A stretch of 64,000 nt of DNA from an uncultured Pseudomonadales bacterium (GTDB taxonomy: Bacteria; Patescibacteriota; Microgenomatia; UBA1400; RBG-16-45-19), in contig CAYYKL010000001.1 in assembly GCA_964441155.1 (NCBI GenBank), forward strand, positions 88,393 to 152,392, read 5' to 3'. The position numbers were made by a program, and so were the translations under genes. Positions 47,891-59,104 of the stretch are shown here, one piece after another. The notes under the pieces were generated by a model that was given only the letters and a program-made list of their open reading frames with translations, was not told where the DNA came from and searched no databases. Each line of letters begins with the position of its first letter. Position 1 is the first letter of the stretch.

Positions 47891-49690
47891 ATGTACTACA
47901 ATAACTTGAATATGCATGTATTAATCACAAAACAAATCCAAAAGAGCTTTAAAAAATCAGACTGGGCTTTTATCGTAATCGCCGCCAGTCTTTTATTAAT
48001 CGGAATCAGCATGAGGACACTATATCCAGGGAATTATCCCTTTGGATTCGATCAAGTGCAAATATTAGAAAACGCAAAAAAAATTCATCAGGGTAATCTA
48101 ACTCTAATTGGTCCAAGAACTGGTCCAGCGACTTTATTCACAGGCCCGTTGATTTATTATGCGACTGCATTATTCATGCCTTTTTTTGGTGAACCCTATT
48201 CTGTTGTTGTCGCCAGCTTGAGTTTCTCAATCATTACTGGTTTATTCGCGCTAATTCTTAGCATTCATTACTTTAAAGACAGACTTCTATCATTGTCGGT
48301 GACTGCAATTTGGTCACTATCACCGTTTATGATTCAGATGGACAGGATTTCTTGGAACCCGAACATCAGTATGCTTGCAGGACTACTGGTTAGTTTTCCC
48401 ATTTTTGCTCGACTACTCAACAACAAACCATTACGCTTGGGTGACGCTTTAATTGTGGGGCTAGGAGTATTTCTAGGATATCAAGCACATTTTTCGGGGT
48501 TGATATTAATTTCATATGCGCTCTTCGGCTGGTGGCTACTTCCCGCAAAAAAGTTTTACGCAGCAATAATTGTCTTTATCTCTTTTATGCTTTCATTGAT
48601 GCCCACAATACTTTTTGACATTCGTCATAATTTCTTAAATATCACTGGATTATTAGCCCTGTTTCAAGATGATAGCAAAGTTTCTTTACATGATTTTGGG
48701 TCAACTGCAGTCAACAACTTTTTCACCGTTTTCCATTTGACAGGCAGGCTTTTATGGGAACACAACAATCCACTATTCGTTGGCCTAACTGGAGTCTTTG
48801 TATTTCTTTTTGTGATTGCCTATAAGCTTTGGTCGGTTAAGCTTCGAGTCTACATTCTTTCTTGGATAGTTGGCATGCCATTTGTTTTTGTTTTTTATAA
48901 ATCAAATATTCCTGAATATTATTATCTGATACTCGTGCCTACCTTGCTATTTCTTTTGAGTTTTATCGGAAAAATTGTTTTTGAAAATCAGAATATGAAA
49001 TTGAAAATGAGTTTTTTTGTGCTGCTTGCTGCTTACTTGACTGCAGTTTCATTAACCAAATCTATCGCACCTAGCTTTACAAGTATTAAGGAAGTACGCG
49101 AAACAACATCATATGCAAAGGGCATGTTGGAAAACAATGCAAACCTCACGGTCGTATTCGACATGGAACCGATTGATAGCCTAGGCTACAAGTATCTTAT
49201 GAGAGACTATATAGATCGCTTTGCTTATTCACACACCTTACTCCACATGATCCATCCAGCATCTCCTAATGCATTCTCAGATTATCAATCAGGCAAAGCA
49301 GCTGTATGGGAAGACTTGAGAACAGATGCTAATGCTAATCACTACTTAGCAGACAGTGAATATATTATAAAAACTCCAAGGAATCTAAAGCTCTACAAAG
49401 ATATTTCTGGTTATGAGGGCTTTCCTCAAGCAGATTCACTTGCGGTGATTATGGATGGAAAAGAGCAAGCTTATCTCTTAATTCTACCCATTGCAGCAAG
49501 CGAGCCGAGCGCTCCTGAACAAGAAATAATAACTGCATGTTCGCAAGGAAAACAGCTCACCAGCAATAATCAGAAACTTAAGTGTTCACAGCATTATGCT
49601 CTTTGGTTAGAGCCTTCAAACTATAATGAAACAGCAATCATTGATTTGAGCAATATATCGCTCATAAAAGAAATGGGCTTAGACAATTAG
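47891..49690 (+). CDS. Polytopic GT-C-like membrane glycosyltransferase
   Basis: 599 aa. The first loop YPFGFDQVQILENAKKIHQGNLTLIGPRTG is paralogous to NDEASDLARLYQLGHNFKLTLIGPISN in 59773..61221. Confidence 0.4.
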   Translation: MYYNNLNMHVLITKQIQKSFKKSDWAFIVIAASLLLIGISMRTLYPGNYPFGFDQVQILENAKKIHQGNLTLIGPRTGPATLFTGPLIYYATALFMPFFGEPYSVVVASLSFSIITGLFALILSIHYFKDRLLSLSVTAIWSLSPFMIQMDRISWNPNISMLAGLLVSFPIFARLLNNKPLRLGDALIVGLGVFLGYQAHFSGLILISYALFGWWLLPAKKFYAAIIVFISFMLSLMPTILFDIRHNFLNITGLLALFQDDSKVSLHDFGSTAVNNFFTVFHLTGRLLWEHNNPLFVGLTGVFVFLFVIAYKLWSVKLRVYILSWIVGMPFVFVFYKSNIPEYYYLILVPTLLFLLSFIGKIVFENQNMKLKMSFFVLLAAYLTAVSLTKSIAPSFTSIKEVRETTSYAKGMLENNANLTVVFDMEPIDSLGYKYLMRDYIDRFAYSHTLLHMIHPASPNAFSDYQSGKAAVWEDLRTDANANHYLADSEYIIKTPRNLKLYKDISGYEGFPQADSLAVIMDGKEQAYLLILPIAASEPSAPEQEIITACSQGKQLTSNNQKLKCSQHYALWLEPSNYNETAIIDLSNISLIKEMGLDN

Positions 49691-49758
49691 GTGCAGATTC
49701 AAATTGAAGTCTAGCGTGAAAAGTGTTCTGATATGCGTAATTACGTTTTCATCTTATA

Positions 49759-51534
49759 TTACTTGAATTTTGCAAAATAATTTTGACAAAATTCTATTTG
49801 TGATTTCTTTTCTACAAGCATGTCTTGATGATTAGATAGCTCGATAAATGGTTTCAGCTGCACGTCATTGCAGAATGCATCATTATAAATATGCCAATAC
49901 GCGCCATTATCAACCACCGATGGAATCGTAAGCACTTCACTATTTTCATGTCCTTCACAAACACCTCTCCATGATTCATTTATCACGATAGCGTCTTTGG
50001 AGGGATTGGCACATTCAGTGGTAAATATAATATTATTTATACTTGATGTGTGATCTGAAAGTTGTTGAGCAAATTCAGATGATGTTTTTTTGGAGTAATA
50101 ATCCGAATAGACAATATAATTCCACAGCATTACAGGCACATCCACGGCATGAACATAAATTGGTACTAAAGGGTCAATGCTTCTAATTCTATCAATATAA
50201 TTAATAACGACACGCTCACTGAAATAACTAATATTCAATCCAAGTATGGGATATCTATAGAAATACTGGTACCCAAAGTAGAGGATCGAGAAACCATAAC
50301 ACAAGAAAAGCACTATTTTGGTTATCTTTGATTCTAATAGCCAGTAAACCCCCCACGCAATAAAGCCGATTAAAAGCGTATAGGCAAAAAACATTCTCAA
50401 AAGATACCATGAGCCTCCTGCATTAATCGTTGAGGGAATCGCTGCAATAAATATAAATCCTATTATTGAAATATGTTTATGAAAATGCTCTTTATGCCGA
50501 CCCATGAAAAACAATCCCAGCAGAAGTAACCCGAAATCTATTGCATAAAACCAGCCATGTCCCCAAACAGCAAATTTACTCTGCGCGGGCTCACCCGACC
50601 AGAACATCATCAGAGAATTAAATGCGCCTATAAATTTTTCCGTAATAAATTTTACGGTGATAATTACTTTATTGCTAAATAAGGATGCAAACGGATTATC
50701 TAAAGACAATCTACGCTCATTATTTGTCTGCTCAGAAAGAAATTCTGTGTCTTTAAAAATTGACTGAGAGAATCGATCTGCGACTGATTGATTGGGTAAA
50801 AGAAATGATAAATACGCCACAAATAAAGCTAAGCTCAGAAGTAAAAACGCTTTTATTTGTCGTTTGATTTTTTGACCTTCTTGGCTGGTTGCCTTATGCC
50901 AAAGTAATAAAAATAACCATGGAAGAAAAAGTAATTTATAACCTTGATAACCAAAAAAACCCACCGATATCAAAATAAAACTTAAACTTATTCCCCTCCA
51001 TGTTTTAGTCCTCAAAAATAGAGAACCTGCTAATAAATAAAAGAATACGCTAAAAACAGCATCATACATCAGTCTAGATAATTGCCACAGAAGTGGATTA
51101 AAACTTGCGACTACTAATACACAATTAGCCAGTTTTCTATTTTTGTACCATTCGTAAAAAAACCAACTCAAAACAAATGGGAATAATATCCCCAGCACAA
51201 GAGAGAGTCCCCTAGTAGCTAATAGTGGATTTTCAATTAGCCCGAAAAAAGGAATCATAAATACGCCAGGGAGTTCGGCATACATCGGATGAAGTGGTTG
51301 CAAACTCCAGGGGGCATAAGTTTGATCAATAGTTTTTCCCGTTAAGGCCATTGCTTTGGATTGGGCAGCATACACCAGTTCATCATGGGTGAGGGCAGCC
51401 GGAAAAACACTCGCCAAAGTCAGTCGACTCAATAGAATGCCAACTAGACAAGCCACAATGACAAAGATATATCCTCTTCGATTAATTAAATCGTATCTTG
51501 TAAAAAGCTTTCTTGTTTTCATATTAAGCTGCAC
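49759..51534 (-). CDS. ArnT/PMT_2-like GT-C membrane glycosyltransferase
   Basis: 591 aa. ALTHDELVYAAQSKAMALTGKTID after the first TM helix gives a D/E loop-1 motif. The track start at 51534 is GTG, with an ATG at 51522. Confidence 0.45.
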   Translation of the reverse strand: MQLNMKTRKLFTRYDLINRRGYIFVIVACLVGILLSRLTLASVFPAALTHDELVYAAQSKAMALTGKTIDQTYAPWSLQPLHPMYAELPGVFMIPFFGLIENPLLATRGLSLVLGILFPFVLSWFFYEWYKNRKLANCVLVVASFNPLLWQLSRLMYDAVFSVFFYLLAGSLFLRTKTWRGISLSFILISVGFFGYQGYKLLFLPWLFLLLWHKATSQEGQKIKRQIKAFLLLSLALFVAYLSFLLPNQSVADRFSQSIFKDTEFLSEQTNNERRLSLDNPFASLFSNKVIITVKFITEKFIGAFNSLMMFWSGEPAQSKFAVWGHGWFYAIDFGLLLLGLFFMGRHKEHFHKHISIIGFIFIAAIPSTINAGGSWYLLRMFFAYTLLIGFIAWGVYWLLESKITKIVLFLCYGFSILYFGYQYFYRYPILGLNISYFSERVVINYIDRIRSIDPLVPIYVHAVDVPVMLWNYIVYSDYYSKKTSSEFAQQLSDHTSSINNIIFTTECANPSKDAIVINESWRGVCEGHENSEVLTIPSVVDNGAYWHIYNDAFCNDVQLKPFIELSNHQDMLVEKKSQIEFCQNYFAKFK

Positions 51535-51546
51535 ATTTGTATTTTT

Positions 51547-53283
51547 TTATTTTTTTCTATGTATGAACAAACTATACAACCAAGCTCTGCCTCTCGCCAT
51601 GACCCTATTATTGTAATCAACTAAGGATAATAGGCCGAAAAGAGCCAATATTTGAGATATTAATCTCACTCTCGTAATACCATTGAAGCGTATGCTTACC
51701 ACTTTATTACCAGCTGATACGGGTAAAATAATTAATCCTTGGAATGCCTGCGTTGATTCGTAAATTTGCGTGACCTCGTTATTAACTTTTGCAATCCAAC
51801 CTGGAAAGACTGCTCGTTTATGCACGAGAAATCCACTCTCATTGATGTGCGCAAAATAGTTAAGGTGAGATCCGCTTTTGTGGATATAGTTTATTTCAAC
51901 TTCCTCTTGATCGTCAAGATTTGCGCTCAGTTTTTTTACAAATAAGGTTTCTTTAGCTAGATCAGGAATAGAGGTTAAGGTTTTAGGCTTATGCTCATCA
52001 AAGCTTGATGCAACTCCCGACCATTCAAGCCATTCATAATCGGACCTATAATTAGCTTTTTTTGGATAGCCATACGCTGCATATGCGAATATCGCTGAAA
52101 AAACCAATATTCCAGCGAGGAGTTTTATTGTTAAAGTATTTGAACGAGACAACAGTTTGGGAGTTAGAGCGACAGAGCCAATACATATGATAACCAAGAG
52201 TCTCCAGGGAAATTGGAGGTATTGCAAGGGTGCGAATGAATCCCACAATGCAGCGGTGAAAGGCTGCATTAAGCCGATAGAAATAAGAATCCATGCAATC
52301 CAAAGTCCTACGCTGTAATCTCTTGGTTTTTTTAGCCAATAAAGCATTCCTGAAACTAAAACCAACATCGGAAAAATCCCTATTTGCAAAACCTCCAAAA
52401 ATATGGAGCTTGAGTGTAACGATCTTCGAAAATCAAATAAGTTCCCGATTTGAATAAATTGATTTGAATGCTGCATTAACCATCCACTTTGATTGTAGCT
52501 AATCAAGCCTTTTTCAAGAATGGCCGGTATCCAATACCAACTCGAAATAAGCAATCCTTGTATAAACGAATAAAACGCGCGCAATGCATGAGATTTTGAA
52601 GCAGTTAACCAATGATGCAAAAGCAACATGACAAGAATCGTTGTTCCAATTGGCAAATGGCTAAGTAATAACCCCGCTACGCTTAGCGCTACACCAGTTT
52701 GCGCTAACGACTGTCTTGCAGTTGATTTTGTTGTTTCCAACAACCATAAGAGGGTCAATCCCAACGAGTATGCATACAATTCTCCAATCGCACCCCGCCA
52801 ATAGACGATGAGCAGAATATAGGGATTGATAATGCTCACCATGCCGATAATTGCGGAAATCGATCTTGGGAGTTTATAGACTCTTGCTAAATTTGTGGCT
52901 GAAATAACAGCAATTAATAGGGCAGTTAACACTAGCAAGTTGGTACTTTCCTGGAGTGTCCTGCCAGTTATATAAAAAAGCACTCCCATTGCATACGGCA
53001 ATGGATATATATAGTTAAATACAGGATATCCTAGCCCACTATTTAAATTTGGTGCCCATCTGGGAGGGAATTGGCCTTGTTTTAATGCTAAATAATAGTT
53101 TGCTAATCTAGCTACGTGGTGATTGTAATCATCTGATTCATAATATACATCCAATAAAAGCGGTCTAAAAAGAAATACAGTTAAAACTACAAGCACCAAT
53201 CCAAAAAAAATATGTGCAAAGCTAAACAACTGCCATTTGCGCCTACTTTTGATATCGGGCGATAACATAGGCTTGAAGTCCAT
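51547..53283 (-). CDS. YfhO/PTPS-related-like GT-C membrane glycosyltransferase
   Basis: 578 aa. YESDDYNHHVARLANYYLALKQGQFPPRWAPNLNSGLGYPVFNYIYPLPY, with a C-terminal AVFPGWIAKVNNE...AGNKVVSIRF domain. Confidence 0.45.
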   Translation of the reverse strand: MDFKPMLSPDIKSRRKWQLFSFAHIFFGLVLVVLTVFLFRPLLLDVYYESDDYNHHVARLANYYLALKQGQFPPRWAPNLNSGLGYPVFNYIYPLPYAMGVLFYITGRTLQESTNLLVLTALLIAVISATNLARVYKLPRSISAIIGMVSIINPYILLIVYWRGAIGELYAYSLGLTLLWLLETTKSTARQSLAQTGVALSVAGLLLSHLPIGTTILVMLLLHHWLTASKSHALRAFYSFIQGLLISSWYWIPAILEKGLISYNQSGWLMQHSNQFIQIGNLFDFRRSLHSSSIFLEVLQIGIFPMLVLVSGMLYWLKKPRDYSVGLWIAWILISIGLMQPFTAALWDSFAPLQYLQFPWRLLVIICIGSVALTPKLLSRSNTLTIKLLAGILVFSAIFAYAAYGYPKKANYRSDYEWLEWSGVASSFDEHKPKTLTSIPDLAKETLFVKKLSANLDDQEEVEINYIHKSGSHLNYFAHINESGFLVHKRAVFPGWIAKVNNEVTQIYESTQAFQGLIILPVSAGNKVVSIRFNGITRVRLISQILALFGLLSLVDYNNRVMARGRAWLYSLFIHRKK

Positions 53284-54889
53284 CTAAATACGTAATTTCA
53301 TCAAGTACTTTGAGATCAGACGTTTCAATTTCATCTAAGCATTGGCTTTCAAGCACATACACTGCGCCTGTTTCCCATTTCGATGAGGGCACGCAATGAG
53401 ACCTGTCAAAAACATACTTATCCAACGAATAAACATTTTTAAAACGAGCAAAAGGTTCTTGTTGCAGCGATTGTGGGCTAATTTGTCCTGACAAAAGAAT
53501 ATAAGCATATAAGGGTCTCAAATCACTGGTAACAATAACTTTTGAAGTGTTTGAAGAATAATTCTCAATCTTCTGTGCTATTTGGGTGTAAGGCCAGTTG
53601 CGGTGCCAAGGTTGGTATGTTTTTTGTTGAATTGCAAACTGACCAAAAAAATATAAAACAGAATACGCATATGCAATTACTAGTCCCCCGACTAATACTT
53701 GTTTTAGAGGATTATGAGACCTATGCGCAATTTGCTGCAAACCAAGCGCTACAAAATAAGCTAGGGGTAAAATCATTACAAAAGTGCGAATAGTACTAGG
53801 TGTTTCTTGAACAGTAAGCATCGCGGGAATAGGAGCTACCACCAACATTAAAATAATATAAAGCAATTCTTTTCTTCTTTGTTTTAATGCACTCAATATC
53901 CCTAAAAACATAAGGGGAAATTCCACAATATAGAAGGGGCCGTGAAAAGGAATTTGATAGCGACGAGGTTCCCCCCAATGCATAAACAGAAAGTCCGCTG
54001 AAAAATACGAAATATATTGGTTAAAAATCTCTCTAAAATAAAAATGTGGTTTGTTATACCACAATCGCAACAACCATACTGGGGCATAGTTCGTTGCGCC
54101 AGCCGTTTGTTCGAATATATTTGCAAGAGGAACGTCTGATGTAAAAATGCTAACATCAGCAATTCTATTCGAGCTCGATAACACAATAATAGAAAAAACA
54201 AATGCTGCAACAATAGGCAGAACAACTCGCAGCGCATTTTTTAATGAGATACTCTTGCGCATGGTCATAAAAAACAGACTTAACGTTGCAAAAAGGGGCA
54301 AAATAATTTTAGCCGAGTGATATGAATACATCGCAAAGAATGAAGTGGCAAACAAGAGCATGAGCATCTTGTACTTTTTCTTTTGAAGATATGCCAATAG
54401 CAGAACGATTGTCAGCAAAAAGAAAGTGAACGACATAATTACTTCTTGAGTTGATCGACTTATGACAATATGCCATGGCGAAATTGCTAATACAAAAGCA
54501 AGGATAATTCCCAAAGTTTTTTGTCTTAAACGAACTGAAATTAACCACACTAAAAAAATTGATGTTACTCCCAGCACAGCCGAAGGTATGCGCGAAGCAG
54601 CGACAGTAGGTCCAAACAACGAAATAAAGGGAATTTGAAAATACGAGTACAATGCCGGTTTGGGGTCAATTAGAGAATGTAATGTAAGGGGTAAAAAACG
54701 ATTGTCCTCATCCCTACCCGTTTCCAATAGAGAAATTGAATTAATTAAAAAGGATGCCTCATCGGCATGAAACCCATGAGGAGTATTACCCAAATCAAAG
54801 AATCGAACCGCTGAAGCGATGAATAAAACGAGCACCAACAGCAAATAGGTGTAATTCTTGGCCAAAACACCGCTTAACCTTTTTTTCAT
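53243..54889 (-). CDS. ArnT/PMT_2-like GT-C membrane glycosyltransferase
   Basis: 548 aa. RFFDLGNTPHGFHADEASFLINSISLLETGRDEDNRFLP gives a DE loop-1 motif. ATG at 54889 confirmed. Confidence 0.5.
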   Translation of the reverse strand: MKKRLSGVLAKNYTYLLLVLVLFIASAVRFFDLGNTPHGFHADEASFLINSISLLETGRDEDNRFLPLTLHSLIDPKPALYSYFQIPFISLFGPTVAASRIPSAVLGVTSIFLVWLISVRLRQKTLGIILAFVLAISPWHIVISRSTQEVIMSFTFFLLTIVLLLAYLQKKKYKMLMLLFATSFFAMYSYHSAKIILPLFATLSLFFMTMRKSISLKNALRVVLPIVAAFVFSIIVLSSSNRIADVSIFTSDVPLANIFEQTAGATNYAPVWLLRLWYNKPHFYFREIFNQYISYFSADFLFMHWGEPRRYQIPFHGPFYIVEFPLMFLGILSALKQRRKELLYIILMLVVAPIPAMLTVQETPSTIRTFVMILPLAYFVALGLQQIAHRSHNPLKQVLVGGLVIAYAYSVLYFFGQFAIQQKTYQPWHRNWPYTQIAQKIENYSSNTSKVIVTSDLRPLYAYILLSGQISPQSLQQEPFARFKNVYSLDKYVFDRSHCVPSSKWETGAVYVLESQCLDEIETSDLKVLDEITYLDGLQAYVIARYQK

Positions 54890-54973
54890 ACTTTATTGTA
54901 ACAGTGATTTTCACGCTTAAACTGCACTAGTTTAGACTTTGTAACCTTTAATCTATAAGCCTTAGGGAACTTT

Positions 54974-55636
54974 TTAGACCATTTTAATTTTGGTAATAAC
55001 CACCCAGGAGAATTGCTTATATTTTTCTCTGAAATCCTCATTTCGATATTCAAAATGAAGCGGACCATTTACCTGCGACATCGTTGCTAAGTCCTCCAGA
55101 AAAACCAAAAGGTATTCATTTCTGCTTTTCGTTCCATATAGGAGCAGGTTTGGAGTGACAACTATCTCTTCATAGCGCCAATCGATTCCAAAGTGAGCTT
55201 GCAAAGCGTTGCTATCCAGCGTATTTTCAAGCAAACCTTCTAAAGACTCAATCGAATTAGATTCGTAGCTAATCCAAGGCACAAATGAATCGCACCGCTC
55301 AAGAACCATCGTTTCAGGAAAAAAGGTTTTAAGTTCGCATGCAGATTTGGGTGGGTCAAACAGTCTCAAACCTCCATAGCCGATCAAATCTCTAAACTCC
55401 CAGAAAGTCCAAGGATTCACATCGCGATTAGATACAATATTCGCAATGAAGCTCTCTTTTCGAGAATGTTCAATTCTATTAAAAAAAAGCGCTCCTAGTC
55501 TCGGTTGAGTGAGACAATACAAGCTGATGATTATTATAGAACTTGTAAGGACTATAATTGAATCATTCAATACTAATTTTTGTTTGCGTTTCGCCATAAA
55601 CGAGGCACGCAGTCGATTTAAGCCATTATGAAACAT
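54974..55636 (-). CDS. Small signal-anchored protein, partner of the adjacent GT-C gene (unknown family)
   Basis: 220 aa (207 aa from the second Met) with one N-terminal TM helix (SIIVLTSSIIIISLYCL) and a soluble domain. It shares NPWTFWEFRDLIGYGGLRLFD with WFWEWRDKNYGFYTFD in 59105..59737. It is head-to-head with 55628..57340. Confidence 0.35.
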   Translation of the reverse strand: MFHNGLNRLRASFMAKRKQKLVLNDSIIVLTSSIIIISLYCLTQPRLGALFFNRIEHSRKESFIANIVSNRDVNPWTFWEFRDLIGYGGLRLFDPPKSACELKTFFPETMVLERCDSFVPWISYESNSIESLEGLLENTLDSNALQAHFGIDWRYEEIVVTPNLLLYGTKSRNEYLLVFLEDLATMSQVNGPLHFEYRNEDFREKYKQFSWVVITKIKMV

Positions 55637-57340
55637 AGTATTAGTATAATTTTCCTTCTGATTTTGTCCATAATCTTCTCAGGTGATGCTCTTTTTACAA
55701 ACCTTCAACCTGCGCATATGGATGGAGTTGTGCACCTAACAAACATGGCGATCTTTAAGGAAGCAATTGAAGATGGTGATTTCCCGGTGAGGTGGACGGA
55801 TGGGTTTGCAAATTATGGACTTCCCATGGGATCTTTCGCGCAACAATTCACTTCCTACTTTGGAGCCCTCCTCACCTTTCTCACCAATGATCTGAACGTT
55901 TCCTATAATTTAGTACTATTATCTGGAACTTTCTTTTCATTATTGCTGCTGTATGCAACTCTAACCATGTATACAGATAATCTTTCGGCTCTTGCTGGCT
56001 CTGTTGTCTTTAACTTCTCTAGCTATCGAATTATTAATGCACATATTCGTGGCGCCTTACCTGAGTTTTTTTCAAGTGTTTTTCTTATTGGTTTGCTTTA
56101 TACATCTGCGCTCTTGTTTAAAAAAAGAAGTATATTAGCGTTTCTTTTGACAGTTTTGTTCTTTTCAGGCTTGATATTAACTCACCCCATGATGCTAGTT
56201 CCCGCCTTCGTCATACTTATCCCCTGGACCATTTTTCTCTACTTCGAGTCAGCAAAGGTTAACAAACCACTTGAAGCTAATAATAGCTTAATTATCCTTA
56301 CATTAGGAATGCTTTTGGGTTTAACGCTCAGCGCTTACTATTCTTTGCCACTTCTGCATGATATTAAATATTTCTATTACGGACAGCAATCTAATCATAT
56401 TGGACCAGAAACGCACCTAAGTGTATCTGAGCTTGTCGAGCCAGCTTGGCATTATTTTTTTGTTTCAAACAACAGCATCTTGTCCAGAGGACATGTTATT
56501 AAATTTGGGCTTATTGAGTCGGGAATTCTTGTGTTTGGCTTTTTACTTTTAGTATTTCGCAGGCGATTCAGAATCAATAAAAATGTTAATTTGCTAGCCA
56601 TGGTCAATATCGTTGCAGCAACTTTATTGTTCTTGGTTTCTAGGTATTCAGTTGAATTATATCAAAAAATTAGTTTTCTCAGCTCGATTCAATTCCAATG
56701 GAGAATGCTTTCTGCCTTGATTATCGTGCCACCTATTATTTTGGCAATATATTTGAATTCTCTCAATAAAATCCCACGACAAATACTATTCTTGATTATC
56801 TCATGCAGCATAACTCTCGTAAGCGCTAAGCAACTGTATGGCAAGAATTTCCAATTTCTTTCACAGGATTACTATTATCGGACGGTTCAAAATTTGCATT
56901 CTAACAATATGAATACTATTTGGACGGGAGAGACTAGCACCTATCCTTCAAATCAACCACAAGTTGAAATAATAGAGGGAGATGGAGAATTACTCCAACA
57001 GAATTTCCACAATTCTTCACGTGATTATATTTTACAAGCGCAGGCCTCAGTGAGAATCCTAGATAAAACGTTCTATTTTCCGGGCTGGAAAGTCTATGCA
57101 GGAAATGAAGAGATTCCCATCGAATTTCAAGACCCCAATTATCGTGGTGTAATCACGTTTCAAATACAAAGCGGCCAGCACGCTATTCGAACAGTATTTG
57201 AACCGACAAAAACAGTCCAAATTTCGAATGTGATTACTCTAGTCACACTCATAGCTCTGCCATTAATCGTCCTTATACTCATAAAAATTAATCTATTGTC
57301 GAATCGAGATCACAAACGAGCCCTTGAGATGATGCATTAA
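55628..57340 (+). CDS. YfhO/PTPS-related-like GT-C membrane glycosyltransferase
   Basis: 570 aa. HMDGVVHLTNMAIFKEAIEDGDFPVRWTDGFANYGLPMGSF, with C-terminus FYFPGWKVYAGNEEIPIEFQDPNYRGVITFQIQSGQH. Confidence 0.45.
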   Translation: MKHSISIIFLLILSIIFSGDALFTNLQPAHMDGVVHLTNMAIFKEAIEDGDFPVRWTDGFANYGLPMGSFAQQFTSYFGALLTFLTNDLNVSYNLVLLSGTFFSLLLLYATLTMYTDNLSALAGSVVFNFSSYRIINAHIRGALPEFFSSVFLIGLLYTSALLFKKRSILAFLLTVLFFSGLILTHPMMLVPAFVILIPWTIFLYFESAKVNKPLEANNSLIILTLGMLLGLTLSAYYSLPLLHDIKYFYYGQQSNHIGPETHLSVSELVEPAWHYFFVSNNSILSRGHVIKFGLIESGILVFGFLLLVFRRRFRINKNVNLLAMVNIVAATLLFLVSRYSVELYQKISFLSSIQFQWRMLSALIIVPPIILAIYLNSLNKIPRQILFLIISCSITLVSAKQLYGKNFQFLSQDYYYRTVQNLHSNNMNTIWTGETSTYPSNQPQVEIIEGDGELLQQNFHNSSRDYILQAQASVRILDKTFYFPGWKVYAGNEEIPIEFQDPNYRGVITFQIQSGQHAIRTVFEPTKTVQISNVITLVTLIALPLIVLILIKINLLSNRDHKRALEMMH

Positions 57341-57343
57341 ACT

Positions 57344-59095
57344 TTAGAAGTCTTTTTTAAAGAGTCTACTTATATTCGAATAAAGTGCTGGTCTACTCGA
57401 AAGGTATATGCCCCCAATTAATCCCATTGCGATTAATGAAATCAGCTTAGATGCGAATCGAACCTTGGTGTCTTTATATCTTAAATCTATGCGATAACTG
57501 CCTTGAGGTATTTTGAGAGTCATAACTCCACGATAACTTGGATCTTGATATTCAACGGTTTGTTCGAGACCATCTATTAAGATTGTCCATCCAGGAAAGT
57601 AAAAGGTGTTAAAAGATATCCTCGAGGGTATTTCAGCAGAAACTTGATAAGAACGTTTCGAAGCTGTTTCTTTAATAATCCTAGCTTCCGCCGTTCCCTC
57701 AATTACCGTTAACAAAGTTTTTTGCTGAGGATAGTCCTTAGTCTCGCCCACCCAACGAGGATTTAAGTTTGTGCTATGCAGGTTTTCTTTGGTAAAGGAA
57801 TAATAGTCAACGTCATGATTCACATAGTTTTTTCCATACGCTTCTGGAAGCCTAGTTAAGGCTAAAATAATCAGTAGAGCAAGAATTGAATATTTTTGCA
57901 GCCGAAATCTAGCATGCAAAAGAGTAGCTAACACTGAAACACTAAAGTGAAATGACATCAAAAATCTCCATGGGTATTGAAGATTGGATAAAAACATCAG
58001 CTTTGAATACAAAGGCGCTGATAATGGAGTGCACAGGAAGAGCGAAAGTGACGCAGCAAAGAACCAAATTCCCAAGGCTCTATTACTTTTGCTTTTGCAA
58101 GCAAGCAAGATAATAGTGACCAATGCAATCAAATATATGCCAAGCTCGATTATGCCGATGGGAATAGGTCCAATTCTAGGGCCAGGATGATCGGTCAGGG
58201 AAAAATAGGGCCATTGAATAACCGAAGCACTCTTCCAATTTAAAAATTTATCCAATTCAATGAGAGATGCCCCCGATCCCTGATAGAAATACTTTGTCTC
58301 AATTATTAATGGAAACAAATAATAGGCACCTGCCAATATTCCCAGCGCAATCATGCTCGTCACCAAAAAAATATTGGAGAATGCTGATTTTTTTAGAGAT
58401 ATCTTCGAAAAAGCAATCGCGACTAGTAGTGGCATGGTTATGATAATTGCCATTGGATGAGTAAGCACGAGCAAAGCACTTAAGACTGCCACTAAAGCTA
58501 ACCCCCGCGCAGTTGGCTTGGACAAGCTTTTTGACATTTGAAAAAGCAAAATTGGCAACAAAGCACTTACCAATAGTTCCGGAATAGCACCCCGACTATA
58601 AATATTGATTATTCGGTAATGTGAGAAAGTCCAAACCAGAGATCCACCCAATGACGTAAGAGTGACTCGCTTTTCATTTGGCACTGGCTTTTGCAGAATA
58701 TTTTGCAAAAACCAGAACATCCCCAAACCACTGAATATAGTGCTGACTAATATAATGATTTTGAAAACTATATGTGGAGATAATCCCAAAAGCAAAAGGG
58801 TGGCACCAAATATTGCACTTGTTTGATGGGCAATTAAACTTAATGGATACCCATAATTCGCAAACCCCTGAAACCAAGAAGGAATTTCCACCCCTTTAAG
58901 AATTTGAGCGTACTGCACTGCGGTTGTAAGGTGAATGTGTCCATCAAAGGTTGTGGGAATTCCTGGATGGGATAACAAGTCAAGATTTAGCAAAATACTT
59001 GAGAAAAATATAATGCCATAGGCCCAAAACTGGATAGATAATAGAGCATAACTATTTCTTACATACTTGCTTACTTGCATGTATTTATTATCCAC
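57344..59095 (-). CDS. YfhO/PTPS-related-like GT-C membrane glycosyltransferase
   Basis: 583 aa. FDGHIHLTTAVQYAQILKGVEIPSWFQGFANYGYPLSL, with C-terminus FYFPGWTILIDGLEQTVEYQDPSYRGVMTLKIPQGSY. The track start at 59095 is GTG, with an ATG at 59080. Confidence 0.45.
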   Translation of the reverse strand: MDNKYMQVSKYVRNSYALLSIQFWAYGIIFFSSILLNLDLLSHPGIPTTFDGHIHLTTAVQYAQILKGVEIPSWFQGFANYGYPLSLIAHQTSAIFGATLLLLGLSPHIVFKIIILVSTIFSGLGMFWFLQNILQKPVPNEKRVTLTSLGGSLVWTFSHYRIINIYSRGAIPELLVSALLPILLFQMSKSLSKPTARGLALVAVLSALLVLTHPMAIIITMPLLVAIAFSKISLKKSAFSNIFLVTSMIALGILAGAYYLFPLIIETKYFYQGSGASLIELDKFLNWKSASVIQWPYFSLTDHPGPRIGPIPIGIIELGIYLIALVTIILLACKSKSNRALGIWFFAASLSLFLCTPLSAPLYSKLMFLSNLQYPWRFLMSFHFSVSVLATLLHARFRLQKYSILALLIILALTRLPEAYGKNYVNHDVDYYSFTKENLHSTNLNPRWVGETKDYPQQKTLLTVIEGTAEARIIKETASKRSYQVSAEIPSRISFNTFYFPGWTILIDGLEQTVEYQDPSYRGVMTLKIPQGSYRIDLRYKDTKVRFASKLISLIAMGLIGGIYLSSRPALYSNISRLFKKDF

Positions 59096-59104
59096 ATATG
59101 TTGA

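Noticed and set aside
49736-49745. Perfect 10-bp palindrome cgtaattacg in the 68-bp gap between convergent GT-C genes
   Set aside because: It has no loop and a weak stem, with no clear T-tract on either side. That is insufficient for a terminator call.
54886-55068. 60-aa ORF 54886..55068 (-) in the gap before the small anchored protein gene
   Set aside because: It overlaps the better-supported 54974..55636 ORF in another frame and has a basic, low-complexity composition. Likely spurious.
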